Source: a virus | Taxonomy: Duplodnaviria > Caudoviricetes | IMG/VR virus record: IMGVR_UViG_3300045971_000057 | Span: 1-62,530 of that record | Length of the DNA: 62,530 nucleotides | Direction: 5' to 3' (one strand) | Part shown: piece after piece, positions 47,846 to 58,496 of the stretch | Layout of the letters: each line of letters starts with the position of its first letter | Position numbering within the stretch: the first letter of the stretch is position 1 | Program-made: the position numbers and the translations under genes | Notes under the pieces: model-generated | What the model was told of the DNA's origin: nothing | What the model saw: only the letters and a program-made list of their open reading frames with translations | Database searches by the model: none

Positions 47846-48519
47846 TGACTCAGGTGATTTTTGATGGTGAGCTTGGAAATCGCTTTGGCAAGGTCTGGGA
47901 CATAGACTTGGACCGCCCAAGCCCAGCCCAAGCCTTGAAGGCACTTTGCAGGATCTGTAAAGGCCTGAGGAATTATCTGCGAGAGAATGCGCAGACAGAG
48001 TATCACGTGTTCACTGGAACCAGGGACATTGGTGAGAGTGATCTGTTCCTTCCGAGTGGAAAAAAAGAGATCAGGTTCATGCCTGCTCTTGCTGGAGCAA
48101 AATCTGCTGGCGTTCTTCAGATCATTGTTGGAGCAGTTCTGATTATTGCTGGTGCGGTCTATGGCTACTTCACTGGAGACTGGGTCCATGGCGGGCAGTT
48201 GATGACTGCTGGTGTTGCGATGATGGTTGGAGGTGTTGCCCAACTTCTGTTTGCTCCAGCCGATCCAAGCAAACAAAATACTGAGAAGCCAGAGAACACC
48301 GCCAGCTATCTTTTCAACGGCCCAATCAATACCACTGGGCAGGGTAATTGCGCAGCAGTTTGCTATGGGGAGGTTGAGACTGGTTCTCAAGTAATCAGCG
48401 CAGGGATCTACACAGAGGAATATGTTCCACCTGGAACTGATCCTGATGGTGATGGCTATCGCTCTGGTGGTGGCATCAAGGGCAAATACTATCAATATCT
48501 GAGTGCTGATGAGGGTTGA
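47842..48519 (+). CDS. Tail assembly protein (lambda gpI-like)
   Basis: G.LG.RFG, SYLFNGPINT, YGE...GS.VISAG. Confidence 0.85.
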   Translation: MMTQVIFDGELGNRFGKVWDIDLDRPSPAQALKALCRICKGLRNYLRENAQTEYHVFTGTRDIGESDLFLPSGKKEIRFMPALAGAKSAGVLQIIVGAVLIIAGAVYGYFTGDWVHGGQLMTAGVAMMVGGVAQLLFAPADPSKQNTEKPENTASYLFNGPINTTGQGNCAAVCYGEVETGSQVISAGIYTEEYVPPGTDPDGDGYRSGGGIKGKYYQYLSADEG

Positions 48520-48520
48520 T

Positions 48521-51520
48521 ATGAAAGACATCCGTGGATCAGGCGGCAAAAGCAGTGATGCCTCAAGCAGAACTCCGGTTGAGTCTCCAGACAGCCTTCG
48601 ATCAATTGCCTATGCTCGTGTGACTGATCTAATCAGTGAAGGTGAAATTGAAGGTCTTGTTAATGGCCTACAATCCATCTACCTTGATGGTGTTGCTCTT
48701 CAGAACCCGAATGGGACCTTCAACTTCAAAGACATCCTAGTCAACACCGTCAACGGAACTCAGGATCAGGATTATATCCAAGGCAGCCAAGGAAGTGAGG
48801 CTGAGACTGCTGTTGGTGTCGAAGTCAAAGTTGGGGCTGGCAACGCCGCAGTCAGGAGCATTACAGATCAGCAAACCTCTGCTGTCCGAGTCAGAATTGG
48901 TGTGCCTGCTCTGAGTGAGCAAAATTCTACCAATGGGGATCTGACTGGTGCGACTGCTGAGATAACCATCCATGTCCAGAACAATGGTGGTGGCTATGTT
49001 CTTCAAGACCTTCTTGGGAAGGGAATATTCACAGGCAAGTGCACTTCCATGTATGAGAGAGATTTCAGAATCAATCTTCCTTCACCTGGCCCATGGGACA
49101 TCAAAGTATCTCGATTGACTGCGGACTCAGCCAGCGCAAAGTTGAACAACAAGACATACTGGCAAAGCTACACCACAATCATTGACGCAAAGTTGAACTT
49201 TCCAAACAGCGCACTGGTGAACCTCCAGATGCCTTCTGATCAATTCAACGCAATCCCAACCAGAAGTTTTCGCATCCGTGGAATCAAATGTAAGATCCCT
49301 GCGAATTACAACCCTTACACCAGGAAGTATGCCACCACTGGACCAGGAACAACCAATGGTGGCTGGGATGGAACTTTCCAAGTTGCGTGGACAAGCAACC
49401 CTGCCTGGTGCTTCTATGATCTGTTGACGAAAAAGAGGTATGGTCTAGGCAATCAAATATCAGCCGCAAACATTGACAAGTGGAGCCTGTATGATATCGG
49501 GCAATACAACGATGTGTTTGTTCCCTCTGGAGTCCCAAAGCATCATACGCTTGCGGTGACTACCCTGATGTCTGCGGTGGCTGCGACAAACTCCATTGTG
49601 CGCACCTCTGGTAGTTTTGGCGGAACCATCTCTGTCTCTCTGACTGGTGTTAAAACCAATCTGACTGAGCAGACCTATTACAAATATGGAACTGATTGGT
49701 ACAAACTTGGCTTCCGAGTTGGCGATGTAGTCACGGTGACTGGCTACACCGATGCGGGCAACAACGGCAACAAGACCATCACCAAGATCGGAATTGACTT
49801 CATTGCTGTTGGCAGTGGGATCACATCAACAGAGACAATCGCAAAGTCTTGTGGCTTTACCTCTGCTGTTGCTGGTGATGGATTCCTTCCTGGAGATGAG
49901 CTGACTCTCTCTGGCTGGTCAAACAATAGTGGTCGTGCGGTGATCAAGAGCGTCAGTGGTGGAACGATAGTTCTGACGGATGAGATTGCTCTGGTGGATG
50001 AGGCTTCCGGTTCTCACACACTGACGGTGGTTGACTTCACTGAGCCAAGGTTCTGCTGTAATCTTTATCTTCAAACTGCTGCTGATGCCTACAAGGTCAT
50101 TGGGAACTTTGCCTCCATGTTCCAGTCAATTGCCTATTGGGCGAATGGCACAATCATGCTTGCGCAGGATGCCCCTCATCAACCGGAGTATCTGTTCAAC
50201 TCTAGCAATGTTGAGGGTGGAATTTTCAACTACAGCGGCACTGCTCGCAAGGCAAGGCACACCGTAGCAATTGTGACCTGGAATGATCCTTCTGATCACT
50301 ACAAGATCAAATACAAGTATGTGCCAAATCACGATGGTCTGGCCAAGTATGGCTATCGGCCTGTTCAGGTTGCTGGGTTTGGTTGTACAAGTGAAGGATT
50401 GGCCATCCGAATTGGGAAGTGGGTTACCAGAACTGAGTTGAAGGATACGCAGGTTGTGACTTTCAAAACAGGTCTTGAGGGCGCAGCAAGATCCCCAGGA
50501 GCAATCATCTCTGTCCTCGATCCTTACAAGGCAGGCAAGAGAGTTGCTGGCCGAGTGATGTCTGCTACTACAACATCAGTGACTGTTGATGGTGATCCTC
50601 TTTTGATAGAGGCAGGCAAGACTTATACGATGTCTTGCGTATTGCCTGATGGATCTGTGGAAGAAAAAGCAATCTCCATGGTCCCTGGAAGTTACACCAT
50701 TTTGACCACTGCTGCGTTCACAGTTGCTCCAAATCGGATGACTGTGTGGGTGATGAGTGCTACTGATCTGAACCCAAAACTCTATCGTGTGCTGACCGTC
50801 AATGAAGTGGAAAAGACAAAGTTTGAGATCATCGCTTTGGAGCACGATCCAAATAAGTTTGCTGAGGTTGAGACTGGGTTGATCATCCCTCCAAAGCCAA
50901 CCTCTGTGATTGCTAGCCTGACTCCACCACAGGGATTGACTTTGAATGAGGTGCTCTACTTTGGGCCTGGTGGAACTATCAAGTCAAGGTTCAATGCCTC
51001 TTGGTCAATCAAGCCTGGTGTGTCCAACTACAAGGTGCGCTGGTGTAAGGATTCTGGGAACTGGATTGAGGTGGATACTCAAACAGCTCACTTTGAGATC
51101 CTTGATGCTGATCCTGGATCATACCAGTTGAGTGTTGCTGGTGTTATTGCTGGAAATATAACAGGTGCTGCCTTCGCAACTCTATCAGTCCAAGGCAAAT
51201 TGGCACCTCCAGCAAATGTGACTGGTCTGACTGCTGTGCTGAAGAATTTCACCATCGAGATGAAATGGAATCGAGTCACAGATATTGACTTGGACAAGTA
51301 TGAGATTCGGCAAGGTGCTTCATGGGCTGCTGGGACTTTGATAGCACGAGTGGACACAACTTCCTTCAGCATCGAGTTCACAGCAGTTGGAAGCTATACT
51401 TTCTGGGTGGCCGCAATCGACTCCAGCGGTAATTATTCTGTGGCGCCAACATCCTGTACATTGGCCACAAACCCAACGATTCCAACAAGCATCACGATGA
51501 CAAAGTCAACAACGCCCTGA
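48521..51520 (+). CDS. Central tail tip / host-specificity protein (lambda gpJ-like)
   Basis: ISEGEIEG, WTSNPAWCFYDLL, EPRFCCN, FNYSG, C-terminal Fn3-like domains. Confidence 0.9.
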   Translation: MKDIRGSGGKSSDASSRTPVESPDSLRSIAYARVTDLISEGEIEGLVNGLQSIYLDGVALQNPNGTFNFKDILVNTVNGTQDQDYIQGSQGSEAETAVGVEVKVGAGNAAVRSITDQQTSAVRVRIGVPALSEQNSTNGDLTGATAEITIHVQNNGGGYVLQDLLGKGIFTGKCTSMYERDFRINLPSPGPWDIKVSRLTADSASAKLNNKTYWQSYTTIIDAKLNFPNSALVNLQMPSDQFNAIPTRSFRIRGIKCKIPANYNPYTRKYATTGPGTTNGGWDGTFQVAWTSNPAWCFYDLLTKKRYGLGNQISAANIDKWSLYDIGQYNDVFVPSGVPKHHTLAVTTLMSAVAATNSIVRTSGSFGGTISVSLTGVKTNLTEQTYYKYGTDWYKLGFRVGDVVTVTGYTDAGNNGNKTITKIGIDFIAVGSGITSTETIAKSCGFTSAVAGDGFLPGDELTLSGWSNNSGRAVIKSVSGGTIVLTDEIALVDEASGSHTLTVVDFTEPRFCCNLYLQTAADAYKVIGNFASMFQSIAYWANGTIMLAQDAPHQPEYLFNSSNVEGGIFNYSGTARKARHTVAIVTWNDPSDHYKIKYKYVPNHDGLAKYGYRPVQVAGFGCTSEGLAIRIGKWVTRTELKDTQVVTFKTGLEGAARSPGAIISVLDPYKAGKRVAGRVMSATTTSVTVDGDPLLIEAGKTYTMSCVLPDGSVEEKAISMVPGSYTILTTAAFTVAPNRMTVWVMSATDLNPKLYRVLTVNEVEKTKFEIIALEHDPNKFAEVETGLIIPPKPTSVIASLTPPQGLTLNEVLYFGPGGTIKSRFNASWSIKPGVSNYKVRWCKDSGNWIEVDTQTAHFEILDADPGSYQLSVAGVIAGNITGAAFATLSVQGKLAPPANVTGLTAVLKNFTIEMKWNRVTDIDLDKYEIRQGASWAAGTLIARVDTTSFSIEFTAVGSYTFWVAAIDSSGNYSVAPTSCTLATNPTIPTSITMTKSTTP

Positions 51521-51521
51521 G

Positions 51522-54500
51522 GTGCCTGTGGTCAATATTCGACATATGAAGATGGATGAAGATACTGACGCCATCATCTCGTCAGGAAGTGGAACAGGCG
51601 CCACTGCTACTGTTGCTCGCAAGCAATATTTGAAATTCAATTGGGTCCATACCGAATCGTTGCCTGCTGGAATGCTCAAGGGATTCCGATTGGTGATCTA
51701 TGAGGGTGCTGACCCGAATGATGCCTCTCAATATCTTCTTGAGCCAAAGGTTCTTGGCCCGACAGAGACTGGTATTGTCATCCCAATCACGATTGCCTCT
51801 ACCAGAATCATCAATGCCTCGATCCAGTCCATCTACGCAAACGGCAACGAGAGTAGCTGGCGGAACATTGGTGGAACAGTCACTGCTGACCCAGACACCA
51901 TCATTCTAGCCACTGCTGCTGGTCTTGATGCTGTGAAGTTGACTGCTGATAATGCGGCAAATGCGGCAGGAGCTGCAAACCTCCTGATTGGGAACATTGC
52001 CTCTGACTCAATTCTTTCTCCAAGTGAAAAGCCAGACATCATCCAGAACTACAATGTGATCATCTCAGAGCAGTCAGGGATCCAAGGACAGGCAACTGCC
52101 TATGGAACTGCTACTGAGCTGACTGCTTACAATTCTGCGGTGACTGCTCTGAGCACTTATCTGGCCACGCTGACTGCTCCAGTTCTTTGGTCAACCATCC
52201 CTGGAGATACTGCGATTGTTGGCGCTACCTTCCGTGCTGCGTTTGCTCTGGTGTACACCAAACGCCAGGAAGTTCTGAACGCAATTGTGGCCAAGGCAAA
52301 GTTGCTTGCTGATGCTGCTCAGAGTAGCGGTTGGTCAATGGCCAAGCCTTTTGAAATTTGGGATGGAGGATACATCCACCCAACAGTTACAATTGCTGAT
52401 GGCAAATCAGGAAAGACTGCTCTGCGAATGACTGCTAACGCAGCTACTGATGATGGTGTGTATCACAAGATTGATCCTCTTCGCAAATACAAGACTCGAT
52501 TCTGGGCACGTGCGGCTGCTGGAACTAATGGCATTCTCTACTTCTGCCTTCGACAGTTCACTGATAATGTTGGTACCACTTGCGCAGGCAATGGTGGCCG
52601 ATCACCATACAGCCCAAGCGCAGTTCCAGCAAATACTGCTTGGGTGCTTTATGAGCATGTTTGGAAGGGAACAGACTTCCAGAGTGGCGTCAAATATGTG
52701 AAGTGTGATCTGCTAGGCAACTACAATGGAACTGTCGGATATTGGGAAGTCCAAGACTTTGCCTTCTATGATTGTACAGAATCGTTCGATGCCCAGGTGG
52801 TGATTGAGGCTGTACAAAATGACGGCATCTTGAGCAGGAGTGAGAAACCTGATCTGATCAGTGACTACTCTACTGCGGTCGCAAATAAGGATTCTGTTTT
52901 CGCAAAGGCAAGATCCCTTGGCGTGAGCACTGAGGCTCTGACCACCGCATTCACTGCTCTGACTTCTTTCTTGACCTCTCTTGGTTTGACGACCACTGCG
53001 TGGAGTGACACCACGATTGATACTGCTCTTCCTGACTCAACAACGCTCGGAAATGTCTGGAAGGCTTTTGATACTGAATTGATCAATTTGATGCTGGCTT
53101 GCCAAACGGCAAAGCGTGGCCTTGATTGGGTGATTGAGGTCAACTGTAGCATCACCAGCATCCCAACAACTATCAGCGGTGGGTGGGCAAACTATGCTGC
53201 TATCCGTGATGGTGCCAAGATCCTTCTGACTGCTCAGACAAACCCTGCTGAGAATGGAATATACACCTCAAATGATACTGCGGTGTCTGGCGCAACTCAA
53301 TACTCACCAACCCTTGCTACTGCTACTGGTATTGGTTCGTATGCCAACTCCTCAAACCACTATGACTTTGGTCCCACAGTTGATGCCAATGGTGAGATGA
53401 TCACTTCTGGGACAAGTTCTAAGGTGGTGGTGTATTCCGGTTGGTCTGGGGCGGGCACTGCCGGCACTCTACGCTTTGTTGGGGATGCTCTCGTCAATCT
53501 AGGCTCTGTTGGGGGAACTGTCTATCTTGAATACAGCACTGATGCTGGCTCCACGTGGACTGCTTGGACTAACACAGCAGTTGACGCAACACTGAACGCA
53601 ACCAGCCCAACATTAACCGGAGTTGTTCAGGCCAACTTGCGAGTGCGAGCGATCTGTGAAGGTGCGGTGTATAAGGAATATGTTTATGATGAGTTCCTGT
53701 ACAAGCCTCGGTGGACGATTGTTGATACAACTGTGACCTCTCTGAAGGCTCGTGCCTGCTGGTTTGAATCTACTGGATCGGTGGCTGGGAAAATCTTCAC
53801 CAAGAACAATGATGTTGGCCAGGGTGAAGTTTACTCAGTGCTCAATGGAACTCGAATCAACCAGGATGCTGCTGTTGCTCAGAAGAGTGGCCAGACCTTG
53901 ACTATGGCTTGGTCTCCATCAGCCTCTGGTGCTGGTGGAACTCTCACTGGGGTGACTGCTACTGCTCCACTACAATCTGGAGGATCAGCAGCAGTCCCAA
54001 ACATCTCTCTTGTTCAGGACTCAAACAACCGATTGGTTACTGATGCTGAGAAGTCTACGTGGAATGGCAAGCAAGCAGCAGGTTCATATTCTTTAACAAC
54101 GCACAATCACTCAGGAACATATGAGCCAGTAATTGCTGCAGGAACCACATCCAAGTTTTGGCGTGGTGACAAAGTATGGACTGAAGATAATATCTTCCCA
54201 TATGACACTCCAGCAACTGGAACAAAAAATGATTGGTCAACTCGTGCCCCGAGATCTGGATTTTATCAAGCAGATACCACTGCTCACACAAACATGCCCA
54301 CTGGCACTGGAACTGCTGGCTACATGCACATCATCAATTGCCAGCACAGCAACACCGCAAATAATTTTGCCCTTCAAATTGCTACAAGTTTTGGCCCTGG
54401 TGGTGGTGATAATTATTCAGATATATTTTGGCGAGCAACTGGAGATGCTGCTAGCACAAGACCGTGGCGCACCTTCATAGATTCAGGAAACATAGCAAGT

Positions 54501-56093
54501 CAGACTGTTGCCCACGCAAATGGATTGAAGGGATACAACATCCCTGCCTTGGTTGGCACCGGATCGCTGAACTGGAATGGTAGTGGATGGGAAATATCTC
54601 AAGTCAGCTTCGCACTTAATGCCACAAATGCCTCCAATGCTACTGGCGTAACAGTCCACAATGCTTCTTCTTCACCAGGCAACTGGCCAGTCATGAGCTA
54701 CACTGGGTTACTAAATGACTATGCCCAGGTCCAAGCATCATCCAATGTGACTATCAATCATGTTGCTGGAATAGTCAATGCGGTAACATTCAATGGCTCT
54801 CTGAATGGTAATGCCTCCAGTGCAACAAACATCACCCAATACACAATCAATCAGAATCTTGGAACAGGCAACCAAGTAACATTTGACACTGTGGTAACTG
54901 GAAATAATGGCAATGGCACAAACTACCGAATTGGCGACGATTGCTGGATTGGAGATATAAATATAGCAAATACCTTCCGTGTCCAGGGCGTCCAAAATGC
55001 TAATGCTGGATATATTTGCTTTGGTAATGGGGACACAGTTGCTCTTGGTAGGACAGGAACTGGCGCGTTGACTTATGGCGGCAACACAATCTATCATTCA
55101 GCAAATATCCCTACTTGGAATCAGAGCACCTCAGGCAATGCTGCAACTTCGACTTCATTCTCAACAGATAGAACAAACTACAGATCATATACATCAGCTG
55201 CTGTTGCTGGCGAATTAATGTGGAAAAATTATGGTAATGGGCACACCATTATTGATGCGTCTAATTCTACTGCTCCAAATGGAACAACAATTAGCAATTC
55301 TGATTCTGCAGTCGCATGGTCTGGTTCATATCCAATGCTCGTTGGGTGGAATGGATCGAGCACTTATGGAGTCAAAGTTGACCGATCCAGGTATTCTGAA
55401 TCGACAGGGTATGCTGATTGGTCTGGGGTTGGAAATAAACCAGCAAATCTCTTTTCTTATGGTGCTGCTGGTTGGGCAATTGATGCTAACTGGATGGCTG
55501 GAAATTCATCAGGATTCACATACGCAGTTGGTGCTCCATGGAGCGGTGCTGTTGCTAGGTTCTATGCTGGTGGATATGATCTACAATTGAATTCTGATTA
55601 TGGCGGAAGCAATCACCTGTCTTGGAGATCATACAATGGTGATGTTGGCTCTTGGAATCCTTGGCGTGAAATAGTTCACTCAGGGAATATTGCTAGTCAA
55701 AATGTGGACTCTGTTGATGGCCAGCACTTTGCTTGGAGCAACAACTCAAACTCTCCAGCCTATCTTTGGGCAGCAGATAGCAACGGATCTGCCTACCTGT
55801 GCGCTCGTGGTTCGATGTCTGTTAATTTTGCTACCAGCGCAACCAATGCCACCAATCCAACGGTCAACTACAACAATGACTCCAACTCCACCTATCAGAT
55901 GGTGTGGGGTTCTGGGAATGCGATCTATGGAACTGGTGGAATATATTGCAACCCATATCTTGATCGCTTGTATGCTACTGACTTTGAAGCCAATGGTGCT
56001 GGTAGTGCTGGTGGCTTCATCCTACACGACACTGGTGGTCAACGCTATCGGATCTATGTGTCTGGTGGCCAGCTATATGTTGCGAGCATCTAA
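51522..56093 (+). CDS. Large tail fibre / receptor-binding protein
   Basis: Duplicated D.ILS.SEKPD helical repeats, carbohydrate-binding-like domain, fibre repeats. Confidence 0.8.
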   Translation: MPVVNIRHMKMDEDTDAIISSGSGTGATATVARKQYLKFNWVHTESLPAGMLKGFRLVIYEGADPNDASQYLLEPKVLGPTETGIVIPITIASTRIINASIQSIYANGNESSWRNIGGTVTADPDTIILATAAGLDAVKLTADNAANAAGAANLLIGNIASDSILSPSEKPDIIQNYNVIISEQSGIQGQATAYGTATELTAYNSAVTALSTYLATLTAPVLWSTIPGDTAIVGATFRAAFALVYTKRQEVLNAIVAKAKLLADAAQSSGWSMAKPFEIWDGGYIHPTVTIADGKSGKTALRMTANAATDDGVYHKIDPLRKYKTRFWARAAAGTNGILYFCLRQFTDNVGTTCAGNGGRSPYSPSAVPANTAWVLYEHVWKGTDFQSGVKYVKCDLLGNYNGTVGYWEVQDFAFYDCTESFDAQVVIEAVQNDGILSRSEKPDLISDYSTAVANKDSVFAKARSLGVSTEALTTAFTALTSFLTSLGLTTTAWSDTTIDTALPDSTTLGNVWKAFDTELINLMLACQTAKRGLDWVIEVNCSITSIPTTISGGWANYAAIRDGAKILLTAQTNPAENGIYTSNDTAVSGATQYSPTLATATGIGSYANSSNHYDFGPTVDANGEMITSGTSSKVVVYSGWSGAGTAGTLRFVGDALVNLGSVGGTVYLEYSTDAGSTWTAWTNTAVDATLNATSPTLTGVVQANLRVRAICEGAVYKEYVYDEFLYKPRWTIVDTTVTSLKARACWFESTGSVAGKIFTKNNDVGQGEVYSVLNGTRINQDAAVAQKSGQTLTMAWSPSASGAGGTLTGVTATAPLQSGGSAAVPNISLVQDSNNRLVTDAEKSTWNGKQAAGSYSLTTHNHSGTYEPVIAAGTTSKFWRGDKVWTEDNIFPYDTPATGTKNDWSTRAPRSGFYQADTTAHTNMPTGTGTAGYMHIINCQHSNTANNFALQIATSFGPGGGDNYSDIFWRATGDAASTRPWRTFIDSGNIASQTVAHANGLKGYNIPALVGTGSLNWNGSGWEISQVSFALNATNASNATGVTVHNASSSPGNWPVMSYTGLLNDYAQVQASSNVTINHVAGIVNAVTFNGSLNGNASSATNITQYTINQNLGTGNQVTFDTVVTGNNGNGTNYRIGDDCWIGDINIANTFRVQGVQNANAGYICFGNGDTVALGRTGTGALTYGGNTIYHSANIPTWNQSTSGNAATSTSFSTDRTNYRSYTSAAVAGELMWKNYGNGHTIIDASNSTAPNGTTISNSDSAVAWSGSYPMLVGWNGSSTYGVKVDRSRYSESTGYADWSGVGNKPANLFSYGAAGWAIDANWMAGNSSGFTYAVGAPWSGAVARFYAGGYDLQLNSDYGGSNHLSWRSYNGDVGSWNPWREIVHSGNIASQNVDSVDGQHFAWSNNSNSPAYLWAADSNGSAYLCARGSMSVNFATSATNATNPTVNYNNDSNSTYQMVWGSGNAIYGTGGIYCNPYLDRLYATDFEANGAGSAGGFILHDTGGQRYRIYVSGGQLYVASI

Positions 56094-56785
56094 TGGCTCA
56101 TTTTTATGTAGCAGATCTGACGACCTCTCTCGCATCCGCGAATGGCACCAAGCCTGTGTATCACGCAGATGGTTTTTCTACTGCATATGGAAATTTGAAC
56201 ACCATCTCATCCATTACTTTCCCAAGTCCAATATATGGGAACCCAATCAACTTCTTTGCTGGATCGCACGAGACATTCTATGGCTTCAGGCCAAACACAT
56301 TCACCCAGCAAGATTGGTATTGGTCAAGTGGCGCAGGAAGTGAATGGGATGGTGGAACATCCACTAATGTTGAGACGACCACATACGCATCAAAGAGTGG
56401 GCAATGGCAAGGAACCATCATCTATGCTGGCTTCGGAACTGGAGCAACAGCTGGACAGATGAACATGAGGTTCAGCATCACCACTGAGGGAATAACAGTC
56501 ACAGATCAAGACACTGGTCAAGATGTGTGGATCAGCAGCTCAGTTGAAATATATATGTCCACAAACGCAGGGGCAACTTGGGGCCTGATTGCTGGATATA
56601 GTTTTGGCTCAGGAAGTGGTGGATGGTATCAACCATACATATCTCAAAACTACGCATCCATCAACAGAGAGGACATCCGAGTCAAGGTGGTTGTTTACTG
56701 TGACTCTCAGATGGTCAATGGTTGGTGGGAGACTGCTAGCGCAACACTCTCAATTTCAGACATCATGTATTATGGCTCTGGTTGA
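56093..56785 (+). CDS. Tail fibre-associated protein
   Basis: Coupled to fibre; aromatic- and Gly-rich. Confidence 0.55.
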   Translation: MAHFYVADLTTSLASANGTKPVYHADGFSTAYGNLNTISSITFPSPIYGNPINFFAGSHETFYGFRPNTFTQQDWYWSSGAGSEWDGGTSTNVETTTYASKSGQWQGTIIYAGFGTGATAGQMNMRFSITTEGITVTDQDTGQDVWISSSVEIYMSTNAGATWGLIAGYSFGSGSGGWYQPYISQNYASINREDIRVKVVVYCDSQMVNGWWETASATLSISDIMYYGSG

Positions 56786-56806
56786 TCAAGGATAAACTTA
56801 GGTGGG

Positions 56807-57196
56807 ATGTCCCCGCCAACCACCAAGGAGAAAAAGATGGCTGCTCTGACTGAAGTATCCAACGCAAAAATTTTGAAAGAGATTGTTGCCTACAGTCTCA
56901 ACATCAATCGGTCCATCATGCCTGGGACTGTGGATGCGCACTACAACATCAATATGGCCTATGGTCCTGTTGAGTTCTATGTCGATGATGCTGGGAACAA
57001 GACCAAGCTGCTGTCTTTTGGCGGCAATGCTGGGCCCAATGGTGAAGTGAAGAACATCACCATGACTGCCCAGAAGGTTGGCGAGATGTTCATGAAGCCT
57101 GTGACTGTGGATGGTGTCGCCACCACGCTTGGCGAACTGCTCGCTGATATGATGGATGCTGAAATCCGAATTGCCCTGAACCTTCCTCCGGTTTAG
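56807..57196 (+). CDS. Hypothetical protein
   Basis: AAGGAG RBS before MAALTEV. Confidence 0.6.
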   Translation: MSPPTTKEKKMAALTEVSNAKILKEIVAYSLNINRSIMPGTVDAHYNINMAYGPVEFYVDDAGNKTKLLSFGGNAGPNGEVKNITMTAQKVGEMFMKPVTVDGVATTLGELLADMMDAEIRIALNLPPV

Positions 57197-57229
57197 GTCA
57201 TACACCCAACCACCCCTCAAGGAGCAACA

Positions 57230-57460
57230 ATGTCTCAGGAAGAAAAACCAACCATAATCAGCAAGTCTGATCTGGTTCTGTTCAAACAGGCCCAGTTGAA
57301 ATTTGCTTCCGCAAAGGAAGTGATGGACTTTGTTGAGGGCCACATGGGCCAGACCTATCAACTCCAGAATGGAGAATCCTTTGATTTGGGCACAGGCCTG
57401 ATCAAGCGCAATCCAACTCTGCCTCCAGCACCACCACAAGGAGCACCTGATGGCCAATGA
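57230..57460 (+). CDS. Hypothetical protein
   Basis: AAGGAG RBS. Confidence 0.6.
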   Translation: MSQEEKPTIISKSDLVLFKQAQLKFASAKEVMDFVEGHMGQTYQLQNGESFDLGTGLIKRNPTLPPAPPQGAPDGQ

Positions 57461-57614
57461 TCCTCTCAATCCTGTTCCTGAAGACAGCCCACACCCAGAG
57501 GTGGATCCAACTCCTGGGTTTTGGACAACTCCACCAAAGATGAATCCGACTGCCAAGATTTTCCTAGCAGCCATCATCATCTGCTCCATTGCTGCCTACT
57601 TCTGGGGGCGATGA
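57450..57614 (+). CDS. Small single-TM protein, 54 aa (not in ORF track)
   Basis: AAGGAG RBS; MANDPLNP...KIFLAAIIICSIAAYFWGR; stop overlaps endolysin ATG. Confidence 0.6.
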   Translation: MANDPLNPVPEDSPHPEVDPTPGFWTTPPKMNPTAKIFLAAIIICSIAAYFWGR

Positions 57615-58213
57615 TGGACCTGCTGGATGCTGCTCTGGAATATACCCTGCGTGAAGAGGGTGGCTGGTCGAATGTGAAAGGTGACAAGGGTGGTGCTACC
57701 AACTGGGGAATCACCATCGGCGTGTTCCTGTCCTGTGGTAAGGATTCTGATGTGCTTGGATTCCCCGCAGATCTTGATGGCGATGATGATGTCGATGCTG
57801 ACGATCTGAAGCTGCTCACCAAGGAACAGGCCAAGGAGATTTACAGGCTCAAGTATGACCAGATGGACAAACTTGGTGAGTGTGACCCTCGCATCAAGAT
57901 CAAGCACTTCGACATTGGCGTCAACTGTGGGACTCACACAGCAAACAAGATCCTCCAGCGCGCAATCAATCGCGTGTTTGGGCCATACCTTGATGTTGAT
58001 GGACAGATCGGCATGAAGTCAGTGAGAGGAATCTCCGGTTGTAATCCAGATGCCCTTCTGACTGGTCTGTGCGCGGAACAGCTTGCCCATTATGAGGCAA
58101 TCGTTGAGCATGATCCGACCCAGGCAAAGTTCCTTGGAACTGAGGACAAGCCAAAGGGTTGGAGGAATCGTGCGGCGCGCAAACCGGAGGTTACTGGTGG
58201 ACTTGATTCCTAG
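57611..58213 (+). CDS. Endolysin, glycoside hydrolase family 108
   Basis: REEGGWSN..GDKGGATNWGIT, FDIGVNCG, VDGQIG, GWRNR. Confidence 0.88.
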   Translation: MMDLLDAALEYTLREEGGWSNVKGDKGGATNWGITIGVFLSCGKDSDVLGFPADLDGDDDVDADDLKLLTKEQAKEIYRLKYDQMDKLGECDPRIKIKHFDIGVNCGTHTANKILQRAINRVFGPYLDVDGQIGMKSVRGISGCNPDALLTGLCAEQLAHYEAIVEHDPTQAKFLGTEDKPKGWRNRAARKPEVTGGLDS

Positions 58214-58496
58214 GCCAAGTTGGTTTCATCTTTGGAAGTCTGCTGCTGTCCCTGGTGACGGGGCCAGCAGCACCAAGATGGTTTATCTGTGGTGTGGTGG
58301 AGCAGGAACAGTTGCTGCCTTCATCATGACCATGGCCTTCTGCGGTCATGCCTTCTACACCAAGAAGGCTGACTTGGTTTTTGCTGGGGCAGTTGCTGCG
58401 ATGTGGACTGCCTTGTTTGGCTTCTCAACGAGTGCTCAGAACAACAAGGCAAGGGTTGATCAGGCCGTCAATGTGATTGCGGAGGATAAGAAATGA
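58197..58496 (+). CDS. Probable holin (2 TM)
   Basis: GGAGG RBS + GTG 58197; two hydrophobic helices, charged C-tail. Confidence 0.6.
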   Translation: MDLIPRPSWFHLWKSAAVPGDGASSTKMVYLWCGGAGTVAAFIMTMAFCGHAFYTKKADLVFAGAVAAMWTALFGFSTSAQNNKARVDQAVNVIAEDKK

